DNA from: a virus
Direction: 5' to 3' (one strand)
Virus record (IMG/VR): IMGVR_UViG_3300010400_000007
DNA: 60,555 nucleotides
Shown here: positions 40,848 through 48,988 of the stretch, in pieces
Position numbering within the stretch: the first letter of the stretch is position 1
How the letters are laid out: each line of letters begins with the position of its first letter
The notes under the pieces: generated by a model
The model's database searches: none
What the model was told of the DNA's origin: nothing
Seen by the model: only the letters and a program-made list of their open reading frames with translations
Position numbers and translations under genes: made by a program

Positions 40848-41315
40848 TCAGAGAGGCAGATAGGATCCGACGATCCACCACTTGGACACGCCGTCACTCT
40901 GGAAAATCAGGGTCTGGCTCGCGTCGATCGTGAAGCTGGGCCCAGCGCCGTGGATGTCGTCCTCTCCCTGCGCGCTGATCGGGTTGCCGCCGGATGCAGT
41001 GGCGGTCACGCCGACGCGGCCGTTGACCTGCCCCGACGCGGCCGGCAGGAGCAGCGACGGCATCGGATCGCCCGAGCCGAGCACGACATGCTGGCCGTAC
41101 GACGCCGAGTAGTCCGCATCCTGGATGGGCGTGAGCGCGAGCCCCCCGCTCTGCCCGACCATGACGATGCGGAGCACTTCGTTGACCGTGTCGGGGATTA
41201 CCTGGGCGGCACCCTCGACTTGGATCTTCGAGTAGCGCGGCATCTCGACCGGAGTCTCGCCAGTGGCGTCGATCAAGTCCTTGATGCCTGGGAGCCCCTC
41301 CCACCAGTCGCTCAT
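40848..41315 (-). CDS. Hypothetical tail-fiber-associated protein (155 aa)
   Basis: ATGA coupling to the fiber gene. Gly/Ser-rich beta composition. Confidence 0.5.
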   Translation of the reverse strand: MSDWWEGLPGIKDLIDATGETPVEMPRYSKIQVEGAAQVIPDTVNEVLRIVMVGQSGGLALTPIQDADYSASYGQHVVLGSGDPMPSLLLPAASGQVNGRVGVTATASGGNPISAQGEDDIHGAGPSFTIDASQTLIFQSDGVSKWWIVGSYLPL

Positions 41316-41908
41316 GCGAGCCTGCCGATGGAAAGCAGTCGGTTGGTGTCACCCGTGGGGGGCGTGCTGAGGTCGGCCATGGAGGCCTTCACGGAGATCT
41401 TCTGTCCCGCCGCGAGAGCAAGCACCACGGTGCACACGACCATCACGCTGATGTCGACCTCAGTGTTGAAACGCCGCGCGGTACCGTTGGCGACCTCCAC
41501 CGCGTCTGCGTAGATGCCCGCTGCGACATAGGCGCCATCTTCGGTGCCCGCACCGTCGTCGGTCACATTTCTCGCCAGCGAGCAATGGAGCGCGAGGAGG
41601 TAGAGCCCCGCCGTGACGATCGTGACTTCGTTGCTCGCGACCGTGAGCTCGTTTGCGGCGACCTCCGTGAGGGTGAACTTCGCACCGCTGGCTGGTGTGC
41701 CGGACACCGCATAGCGGCCGAACGCGTTGGCAGCATCGATCTCGTCGAGGCGTGCCTCGTGCGCATCGACCCTGTTCTTGAGGTTGCGCGTGCGGTTCGA
41801 AAGGTCCTGCGCGCCGAGGAGCTGCGATGCGCCCGTTGCCGCCTCTCCGTCCTCCGGCACTTGGACCGGGTCGGTGAACTCGTCAACGTCCGTGATGTTC
41901 TGAGGCAT
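41312..41908 (-). CDS. Tail fiber / receptor-binding protein candidate
   Basis: N-terminus ITDVDEFTDPVQVPEDGEAATGASQLLGAQDLSNRTRNLKNRVDAHE is a typical fiber shoulder motif. The C-terminus has a compact beta domain. Confidence 0.55.
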   Translation of the reverse strand: MPQNITDVDEFTDPVQVPEDGEAATGASQLLGAQDLSNRTRNLKNRVDAHEARLDEIDAANAFGRYAVSGTPASGAKFTLTEVAANELTVASNEVTIVTAGLYLLALHCSLARNVTDDGAGTEDGAYVAAGIYADAVEVANGTARRFNTEVDISVMVVCTVVLALAAGQKISVKASMADLSTPPTGDTNRLLSIGRLA

Positions 41909-41912
41909 TCAG

Positions 41913-42584
41913 TCAAACCCCCACGTAGATCGTCTCGCCGCCGTACACGAGGCCGGGCTCGCCGTACGTGTGGCCCGTGCCGAAGGTCCACCCGCTGAGC
42001 TCGAAGACGATGGCCCGGCACACCCAGTGCCCGGGCTTGAACTTGCGGATGATCGCGCGCATCGCACCGAGCTGCTCCGCGGTGATGCCCGTGGGCCCAA
42101 ACGTCGTCCCGTCGCCCCAGTTGAAGCTGCCGTAGGCGGGGCCCGGGCCCGTCACGGGGTGCATGCCGGCCGGGTAGAACACCACGAACTGGCTCCAGGA
42201 CGTGAGAAAGCCCGGCCAGTCCGTCACGTAGAAGATCACCGCGCCTGGGAACCCCGCCGCGGCGAGCTGCGCCTCGATACTGGTCTCGTGCCCCGCGACC
42301 GGCCAGTCCGTCCAAGCGCGCTGCAGGCGCGCGTGGTAGCTCGTCCACGTCTCACCTGGGTAGCGCGGCAACGAGAGTTCTCGCCCCCCGGGCTCGAGCG
42401 CGTCGTATGCCGGACCGTTCCCCGTGCGGTCGCCGATCCACATCGCGCGCACGGCTTGGCGCGCGCCCTCCGCGATGTAGTCGCACAGGAGCCCCGTCAA
42501 CCCGACGAGCTTCTGCCCGGGCAGGCTGCGCAGCACCCTCGGCGCGATGCGCACGAGGTAGTCGCGATAGGTCCGGATCGCCAC
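41913..42584 (-). CDS. Baseplate/tail protein (Mu gp48 / DUF2313-like)
   Basis: Directly after the J-like gene. ...LSLPRYPGETWTSYHARLQRAW... resembles DUF2313. Confidence 0.5.
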   Translation of the reverse strand: MAIRTYRDYLVRIAPRVLRSLPGQKLVGLTGLLCDYIAEGARQAVRAMWIGDRTGNGPAYDALEPGGRELSLPRYPGETWTSYHARLQRAWTDWPVAGHETSIEAQLAAAGFPGAVIFYVTDWPGFLTSWSQFVVFYPAGMHPVTGPGPAYGSFNWGDGTTFGPTGITAEQLGAMRAIIRKFKPGHWVCRAIVFELSGWTFGTGHTYGEPGLVYGGETIYVGV

Positions 42585-42585
42585 G

Positions 42586-43770
42586 TCAGGCCGTCACCGG
42601 CACGGCAGTGATGGTCCACGTGCCCTCGATCACGAGGGCGAGCGTGCCCACGGAGAGCGTTGCGAACGAGGTCACGACCGTCTTCACGCCGTCGACGTCT
42701 TTGAGACGGTCGACCAGCTCCTCGCGGGTGACCACGTTCGCGGGCCCCGGCGAGTAGTCCCAGCCACCGATGGGCGTCACGCGCAAGAACTCGAGCAGCG
42801 CGGCGCGCCCGCGCGCGACGATGTCTGCGGGGTCTTGGTTCGGATCGTGATAGAGCGTCGCGGTCACGTCGAGCGCGACGGTCGGCGGATGCCGGTTCGC
42901 CACGCGCGAGAGGTTGCCCGGTGGCCAGGGATGGCTCCACGCAGAGTCGGTCTGGAACGCGCGCTCGCTGAAAGCCACCTGGATGGCCTGCATCGTCAGG
43001 TCGCCGAGCAGCGCCGTTTCCTCCGCACTGTAGACGTCGATGGTGCCCGCCCCGCGCGGGTTCGTATCGTTGACCTTGACCTTCTTCGCTCCGTGGTTGA
43101 GCGCGATGTTCTCGTACGACTCGGCCACGAGCTCCACCGTAAGGCTCGCCCACTTCGTCTCGTTCCTGCGCCGCAGGACCTCGTCTGACTGCTGGTCGGC
43201 GCCCGCGATCGAGTACCACGGTGTGCCCTGGTCGTTCGCGATGGTGACACCCGCGAGGGGCTTGAGCAGGCGCCGCACGCTGTTCAGCGGGACGTTCCCT
43301 TGCGCGCCGGCGACAAGCGCTTCGAAGTTGAGCACCAGCGTTGCTGGGCTCGCTACGCTGCCGGCGGGCAGCGTCTCTTGGTTGTCGTGGACGTTGCGGA
43401 ACTGCACGCCCGCGTCCGTCGATGCGATCAGGCTGCCGGGGTCGATCGTGTAGGGGATCGAGGCGGTTGAGCGCAGGGTCATGGGGCCGCTCGTCCGGAC
43501 GGCTCGCACCACCTCGTTTTGAAACCGGCTCCGCGAATACTCGTGGAGGGCGTCCCCGCTCGCATAGACGTTCGAGCCAAACTCGACGATGGCCTTGACC
43601 ACCTCGGTGAGGTCGCTGAAAACGACCGCGAACATGTTGAACCAGGTCTTTTGAACGCGCCCGTCCTGCCAGCCGGTCGTATCGAACCCGAGCGCGGTCA
43701 GGAGCTCCGTGATCCGCGTGGCTGCCTCCGCGCGCGTGAGGGGCTTGCGCAGCTGCGCGATGGTGAGCAT
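42586..43770 (-). CDS. Baseplate J-like protein (Mu gp47 / P2 gpJ family)
   Basis: 394 aa. Position between the W-like and gp48-like genes. Composition is typical of J-family wedge proteins. Confidence 0.65.
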   Translation of the reverse strand: MLTIAQLRKPLTRAEAATRITELLTALGFDTTGWQDGRVQKTWFNMFAVVFSDLTEVVKAIVEFGSNVYASGDALHEYSRSRFQNEVVRAVRTSGPMTLRSTASIPYTIDPGSLIASTDAGVQFRNVHDNQETLPAGSVASPATLVLNFEALVAGAQGNVPLNSVRRLLKPLAGVTIANDQGTPWYSIAGADQQSDEVLRRRNETKWASLTVELVAESYENIALNHGAKKVKVNDTNPRGAGTIDVYSAEETALLGDLTMQAIQVAFSERAFQTDSAWSHPWPPGNLSRVANRHPPTVALDVTATLYHDPNQDPADIVARGRAALLEFLRVTPIGGWDYSPGPANVVTREELVDRLKDVDGVKTVVTSFATLSVGTLALVIEGTWTITAVPVTA

Positions 43771-44193
43771 TCAGGCCGCCTCTTGGAAAATCTCGACGCC
43801 GTCGATCAGCGCCTGCACCGTGAGCTCGCTCGCGACGATCGTCAGATCGAAGGGTCCGTCGCCATCCACCACGGCAATGTCGGTTGTCAGCCTGCCGTTG
43901 TCGAAGCTGACTGAGCAGCTCGCGTCCTCGACTTCTTCCTCCTCTAGCACCTGCTCGAGGACGCGCTGCTCCACCGCGCTCGGGGGCACGGTTGAGCCGA
44001 TCACAGACAGCAAATCGTAGCCGTATTTGGGCGCGCCGATGAGGCCGCCACGCGGCGTCGTCAGCCGGCGCAGAATCTGGTTCGCCAGCGCGCGCCTACC
44101 CGTGGCTGTCGAAAGCGCATAGTCGACCGACAGCACGCCCGCGAAGTCGGAGCCCAGCGGGAACGCGCGCGGCGCAGTAGGGTTGAGTGGCAC
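43771..44193 (-). CDS. Baseplate wedge protein (gp25/GPW/XkdS-like)
   Basis: GRRALANQILRRLTTPRGGLIGAPKYGYDLLSVIG matches the ALxQxIxxRLxTxxGE..P.YG pattern. Confidence 0.6.
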   Translation of the reverse strand: MPLNPTAPRAFPLGSDFAGVLSVDYALSTATGRRALANQILRRLTTPRGGLIGAPKYGYDLLSVIGSTVPPSAVEQRVLEQVLEEEEVEDASCSVSFDNGRLTTDIAVVDGDGPFDLTIVASELTVQALIDGVEIFQEAA

Positions 44194-44196
44194 GTC

Positions 44197-44712
44197 TCAG
44201 CTCTTCAGCACGGTGTGGAGCGCATTGATGGTGGCGCCGTCGTTCGCGAGCAGCACCGAGCCGGCGATCATCTCGTTCGGTCCGGCGCCGCCGGGTAGCC
44301 CGCCTACCAGCAGCGCGCCGAGCTCGGCGCCGAGCTGGCCGGCCTGGCCGGCGAACAGGTAGTAATGCACGCCGGGCGCGCCAAGCAGCTGGCCGAAGCC
44401 GAGCGAGAACGCAAGCCCGCCGGCAAGCTGCGCTGCCTGCGCTTGCAGATCGACCAGGGCCGCCGTCGTCGCGCCCGCGTCGGGAAGCGGCGCCGCGAGC
44501 AGCTGGTTGAGCGCAGCGAGCGTGGCCGTCACGCCCGCGATCAGGTCGGCGAGCGATGGCGGCGGCTGCACGCTGAGCGCAAGCAGCCCCGAAATCCGCG
44601 CCTGGATGTCGGGCAGCGCCAGACCGACAGCGTCGCCGAGCGCGAGCTGCGCGCTCAGCGCCATCGGAACCGCCTGGCCCAGTGTAAGCGAGCCAGCATA
44701 GGTCACGGTCAT
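44197..44712 (-). CDS. Hypothetical baseplate-region protein (171 aa, Ala/Leu/Gly-rich)
   Basis: Continuous ORF in the late operon. Function unknown. Confidence 0.45.
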   Translation of the reverse strand: MTVTYAGSLTLGQAVPMALSAQLALGDAVGLALPDIQARISGLLALSVQPPPSLADLIAGVTATLAALNQLLAAPLPDAGATTAALVDLQAQAAQLAGGLAFSLGFGQLLGAPGVHYYLFAGQAGQLGAELGALLVGGLPGGAGPNEMIAGSVLLANDGATINALHTVLKS

Positions 44713-44786
44713 CTGTGCATGACCTCACGGTTGTGGCTGATTTCGCTCAACCCCAAACGGGCCGGGTCCGTAGAATTGATATACCA

Positions 44787-45776
44787 ATGAAACACGCCGT
44801 AGTGATAGCTGGCCTTGCTCTGCTCCTCGGATGCGAGCCTCCGACCCATGCCGACGCAACCCTCGATCAGCCCTACGACGACGAGGCCGACGCGACCGCT
44901 GGCGGCAGCCACGCCGGCGGCGACGGCGGTACATCCGGCACCTCGACCACCGATGGTGGCGTGGGCGGAGACGCGGATGGCGCTGTGCAGGGCGACGCGG
45001 CGAGCGCGAGCGGCGACGGGGGCCTGACGAACATGGGATCCGATGCGGATCCCGGCACCGCGGGTGATGCCGGCGCAAGCACGCGTCAGTGGCCGCGGTG
45101 CGACCAGGTGAGTGCGTGCGCTGCGCTCGATGGCCCCTGCTCTGCGGCGTGGGGCAGCGAGTGCGGCTCGGTCAGCATGGGGGGCTTCTCGTGCGGCGAC
45201 GCGACGCAGTCGGCCTCGGGATTCCACTTCAGCGACGGGACGTCCTTCGCCTGCGTAGGCTCCGACTGCGCGGCAGCTTCGCAGTCTGCCGCGCAGCACT
45301 GCGCCGCGGTCATGACCAGCGGCGGCGGGGGCGGCGGCACGGGTGGCGGCGGCAGCATGCAACCGACGTCCGTGTGGTCGAAGCGCCACGAGACGACATC
45401 GAACCTCGGTGCGGTCGCGACGCAGGCCTACCACCGCGCGCGCTTCTCGCTCGACCTTCAGGCTGACGCAGCGTGCAGCGTGAACGTCGACTCGCCGATG
45501 CTGCCGACCGGGTACACGGGCACGACGACGCTCGCGCTGAGCTCCGCGCAGCAAGCGTGTCTCAAGCAGACCGCGAATTGCGCGAAGCCGGTCAAGGTCC
45601 AGTGGGGTTCGTGCGGCAGCGCGAGCTGCGGCGAGCTCGAGACCGGTCCGGTCTGGGAGACCGCGCGCCCTGGCTGCTCCGTTACGATGCCCGCGGGCGC
45701 GTTCTCGCTTCGTCTGACGATCGCTCGGCTCGGCGCGGGCGGGCTCGACGAAACCTGGGAGGTCATCTCGCCATGA
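44787..45776 (+). CDS. Predicted lipoprotein, Gly/Asp-rich linker plus Cys-rich domains; reverse-oriented moron gene 1
   Basis: MKHAVVIAGLALLLGC has lipobox LLGC. AT-richer upstream region. 20 Cys in the mature part. Opposite strand to the flanking baseplate genes. Confidence 0.65.
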   Translation: MKHAVVIAGLALLLGCEPPTHADATLDQPYDDEADATAGGSHAGGDGGTSGTSTTDGGVGGDADGAVQGDAASASGDGGLTNMGSDADPGTAGDAGASTRQWPRCDQVSACAALDGPCSAAWGSECGSVSMGGFSCGDATQSASGFHFSDGTSFACVGSDCAAASQSAAQHCAAVMTSGGGGGGTGGGGSMQPTSVWSKRHETTSNLGAVATQAYHRARFSLDLQADAACSVNVDSPMLPTGYTGTTTLALSSAQQACLKQTANCAKPVKVQWGSCGSASCGELETGPVWETARPGCSVTMPAGAFSLRLTIARLGAGGLDETWEVISP

Positions 45777-46333
45777 AGCAGATGATGATCCTCGCAGCTG
45801 TTCTGCTGGTGGTGGCACGCGCCGGCGCCGAGCCCCCCAAGTGGCAGAACGAAGCCACCGCCGCAACCTGTGCCAAGAGCTTCCCCGAAAGGCTCACCGA
45901 CTTCCGTGAGGGCGTCGTCGCGCAACAGCGCTACATGGCCGAGTACAACCGCGTGATCCCCTGGTTCCAGGAGCACTGCCGCTGGCTCTCCACGCGCGAG
46001 ATCGCCATCCGGAAGCTCGACGATCCCGCCGCGTTCGTGTGCGACACCCGCCGAGGCCGCCCGAAGGAGCTCTCGAGCGAGTTCGCCCTGAGCCATGACT
46101 CGCCGCGCGACATCGCCACCTTCATCGAGCATTCCGAGGTGAACCGGTGGTGCGGCCCGTTCGATCGAGCTTCGCGCATCTCGCTCGAGCTCGCTCAGGC
46201 TGAGCAGCCCGAGGTCGAGGCGCGCATCGTGCTCGAGGTGATGTGCTGGCACGTCGAAAGCCCCAAGTGCGACCGGGCACGTGCTGCGCTCGCAGGCGCT
46301 CGCGGTCCCGGCGATGCTCGTCGCGACGAGTAA
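45773..46333 (+). CDS. Secreted protein (signal peptide), reverse-oriented moron gene 2
   Basis: MKQMMILAAVLLVVARAGA|EPP. ATGA coupling to the lipoprotein gene. Diverse composition and high GC3. The antisense ORF 45458..46363 was rejected. Confidence 0.65.
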   Translation: MKQMMILAAVLLVVARAGAEPPKWQNEATAATCAKSFPERLTDFREGVVAQQRYMAEYNRVIPWFQEHCRWLSTREIAIRKLDDPAAFVCDTRRGRPKELSSEFALSHDSPRDIATFIEHSEVNRWCGPFDRASRISLELAQAEQPEVEARIVLEVMCWHVESPKCDRARAALAGARGPGDARRDE

Positions 46334-46378
46334 CAGGCATATCCAGAGCAATCGATTTCGCATGGTCGTCTCCTGGGC

Positions 46379-46915
46379 CTACGCTTTGACGCGCGCGGCT
46401 CCTCCAAAAACGCGCCCACGCACAGGCGCGCCGAGTGTCGCAAACCCCGTGAACTGCGTCCCGGGCGCGAGCGGCGTCGGGATCGTGGGCGGGGGGGGGC
46501 TCGGGTTGGTCGCTTGAACGATCCCCGTGATCACGCCCGAGATGGGCGCCGCGGGCGAGAGATAGAGTTCGATCAGGTCGCCGTTGCGCGCCACGCCCGC
46601 GGCGCCACCGTCGAGCGAGACCACCGCGCTGCCCTGCTCGTAAGCCCACGCCACGATCCTCGGCTTGCGCGGGTCGCCGTCGGCGAACGAGAGCAGCCCA
46701 CGCGTCCCCGGCTCCACACGCGAGCTCGTGCCAGCGGGGCTCGCCAGCACAGGCACGCGCTGCAGGCCTTGGCCGCGGAGCTCGACCGCGTCCGCCAGGA
46801 CGTCCACCGTGCCGTCGTCGTGTTGGGCCTGCACCTCAACGCCGTACGACCGCAGATACACCGCGTCGCCGAGAACGGCGCGGACGATGCGCTCGATCGC
46901 GGCACGCGGGTCCAT
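46379..46915 (-). CDS. Baseplate spike/hub protein, gpV / Mu gp45-like, paralog 2
   Basis: MDPRAAIERIVRAVLG...LLSFADGDPRKPRIV...GGAARVKA. Shares these blocks with the adjacent paralog. Carries an extra Pro-rich insertion. Confidence 0.6.
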   Translation of the reverse strand: MDPRAAIERIVRAVLGDAVYLRSYGVEVQAQHDDGTVDVLADAVELRGQGLQRVPVLASPAGTSSRVEPGTRGLLSFADGDPRKPRIVAWAYEQGSAVVSLDGGAAGVARNGDLIELYLSPAAPISGVITGIVQATNPSPPPPTIPTPLAPGTQFTGFATLGAPVRGRVFGGAARVKA

Positions 46916-47397
46916 CAGGCCTTGACCCGTGCGGCGCCCGACTGAATCGTGCCCGAGCTCTGCGTCCCGATCGTGAGGGTGCCGGTGATCGCCCCGCTGA
47001 CGGGCCCCACCAGCGTCCCCGTGAACGGCACGGTCGCGGGCCAGCTGCAGACGACCACATCGCCCACGCGCGCCACGCTGGCAGCCCCACCATCGAAGGC
47101 CAGCTCCTCGATGCTCCCGCGGTGCCAGAGGGACGCGTAGGGCTTGCGCGGGTCGCCGTCGGCGAAGCCGAGCAGCACACGCGAGCCCGTCACGACACGC
47201 ACACTGACGCCCGGCAGCCCGTGCCGGATCGGCACCCGGGAGAGCCCCGTGCCGCGCACGCGCTCGTCGTCGGGCAGAAGATCGAGGGTCTGGTCCCCGT
47301 GGTCGCGCTCGACCGTGCATTCGAAGTTGCGCAGGTAGAGCGGATCGTGCCCCACGACCGCGCGGATGATCCGCTCGAGCGCCGCGCGCGGCTCCAC
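46915..47397 (-). CDS. Baseplate spike/hub protein, gpV / Mu gp45-like, paralog 1
   Basis: MEPRAALERIIRAVVG...LLGFADGDPRKPYAS...SGAARVKA. OB-fold gpV-type pattern. Confidence 0.6.
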   Translation of the reverse strand: MEPRAALERIIRAVVGHDPLYLRNFECTVERDHGDQTLDLLPDDERVRGTGLSRVPIRHGLPGVSVRVVTGSRVLLGFADGDPRKPYASLWHRGSIEELAFDGGAASVARVGDVVVCSWPATVPFTGTLVGPVSGAITGTLTIGTQSSGTIQSGAARVKA

Positions 47398-47757
47398 TCA
47401 GATCTCCTCTTCGAGCAGTCGCAGCGCGTGCCGCACGGACATCGTCACGCGCAGGCACGTCATGAGCAGTCCGGCGACACCGCCCGTCTCACCTGTCGTG
47501 CTCGTGGCGCTCGCGCTGACAGCGCGCCAGGAGGCGTCGATCAGCGCGCGGTGCGTCTTCGCCGGCGTCGCTTGCGGTGCGATGACCACGGTCGGTGGAT
47601 CGAGGCTCGTGATCCCCACCGCCCGCTCTTCGGCCGTGGTGGCGCGCTGCGGCTCGAGTCCGTCTACCTCCAGCACGCACTGGAAACCGCCCGCGTCCGT
47701 GCGCGTGAGCGTGACCCTGGGTCCCGTCGACGCGTCGTACACCACGCTGGTGCTCAC
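47398..47757 (-). CDS. Hypothetical baseplate protein (119 aa, GTG start)
   Basis: GTGA coupling to the upstream gene. Only the 3' end of tracked ORF 47398..48507 looks coding. Confidence 0.45.
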   Translation of the reverse strand: MSTSVVYDASTGPRVTLTRTDAGGFQCVLEVDGLEPQRATTAEERAVGITSLDPPTVVIAPQATPAKTHRALIDASWRAVSASATSTTGETGGVAGLLMTCLRVTMSVRHALRLLEEEI

Positions 47758-48407
47758 GCAGCCTCCAACCAGAACGTGGTGCGCAGCTCGTCGGTTCCCT
47801 GGACATGCTCGACGCGGCCCACCCGCTCGCCGCGCAAGGTGACGCCCGGCACAAGGGAGAACGTCTCGGGCGCGAGCAGCACCGTGCCGGCGGCCGCGTC
47901 TCGGTCGAGCTCGAGCGCGTCGTAGTCGCTCGGGACTGCGGGCCAGGTCTCTGTACCGACCCACACGGCGCCGGAAGGCAGGACGCGCCAGCGCGCCGCC
48001 AGAGCATCGACGACACTCGAGAGCGCCACGCTGGCGCGTCCTGCAGCCCGTGTCCAATACGCGAACGTGGTGCTGAGCACCGAGCGCGTGGCCCCCCCGT
48101 CCAAGCGCTCTCCCACCCCCGCCAAAAGATCTCCGATGATCGCGCGCGCGCTCGCGCCCTGGTACGACCGCGCAGTGAGGTCGCGGCCGAGGCCGCCCGT
48201 GCCGCCGACGGCTTCCACCAGCGCCACGCCGTTGACCGCCGCTCCACGCAGCACCGCGCCGGTGTAGCGAACGGTGTCGTCTTGCTCGAGGGTCAGAGTG
48301 CCCTCGATGTCGTCCTCGGTGCTGACCTGCAGCGTCGCCACCCAGATCCCTTGGACGGGCAGCGTCAAGCGCATGGCGAGGACCGGCTGGCCGTTGGCGG
48401 TGATCAT
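47754..48407 (-). CDS. Hypothetical tail/baseplate protein (217 aa)
   Basis: Between the tape measure and spike genes. Realistic composition. Confidence 0.55.
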   Translation of the reverse strand: MITANGQPVLAMRLTLPVQGIWVATLQVSTEDDIEGTLTLEQDDTVRYTGAVLRGAAVNGVALVEAVGGTGGLGRDLTARSYQGASARAIIGDLLAGVGERLDGGATRSVLSTTFAYWTRAAGRASVALSSVVDALAARWRVLPSGAVWVGTETWPAVPSDYDALELDRDAAAGTVLLAPETFSLVPGVTLRGERVGRVEHVQGTDELRTTFWLEAA

Positions 48408-48988
48408 CAGAAGCCGCTACCGGGGATGTCGCCTTCGGAGAAGTTGGGCTCCTCGCCCGACGTGAAGTTGGCCTGTGCGGCGCCCTGGCGCGATGGGCGC
48501 AATGCATCGATGAGCGGCTGGACGTTCCAGTCCTCAGGCTCGCCGCTCTCGGGCTTGGCCGCCGGCTTCTTGACCTTCGCCGGCGTGTCGACGTGCTCGT
48601 ACGCGGAGAACTTCAGGACGAACGAGCCGCCCGGAGCCGGCTGCGGCGACGACACCTGCCGGATCTTGATGACATTGACCCCCCAGAGCCGGGCATTGGG
48701 GTGTCCGATCTCGAGCGGCTTGCGCGCGCTGTTCGCCGCGCGCGGCCGCAGCAGGTCGATCCGACGCTCGAGCTCCGGCATCTCCTCGGCCAGCACCTCG
48801 ATCTCGATGTCGAGCTCGGCCGGCGGCACACCGACGTCGCGGATACGCGCCTTCTTCCCGCCGCGCGGCTTGTGCACCTCGAGCCCGCTCGGCAGCTGGA
48901 TCTCGACGCGCGCCACCCCCGGCATGCGCTTGCCGCCGAGGAACAGGACCTCCCAGTCCTCCCCGGTGATCCAGCTCGGAACCGGCAT
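48407..48988 (-). CDS. Hypothetical tail protein (193 aa)
   Basis: Immediately downstream of the tape measure gene, with coupled start and stop. Confidence 0.55.
   Translation of the reverse strand: MPVPSWITGEDWEVLFLGGKRMPGVARVEIQLPSGLEVHKPRGGKKARIRDVGVPPAELDIEIEVLAEEMPELERRIDLLRPRAANSARKPLEIGHPNARLWGVNVIKIRQVSSPQPAPGGSFVLKFSAYEHVDTPAKVKKPAAKPESGEPEDWNVQPLIDALRPSRQGAAQANFTSGEEPNFSEGDIPGSGF

Noticed and set aside
45458-46363. 301-aa minus-strand ORF with a signal-peptide-like N-terminus (MRNRLLWICLLLVATSIAGTASAC)
   Set aside because: It would keep the late operon uninterrupted. However, the body is Leu/Arg/Gly/Ala/His shadow sequence. The opposite strand has two coupled ORFs with diverse composition, high GC3 and proper signal peptides.
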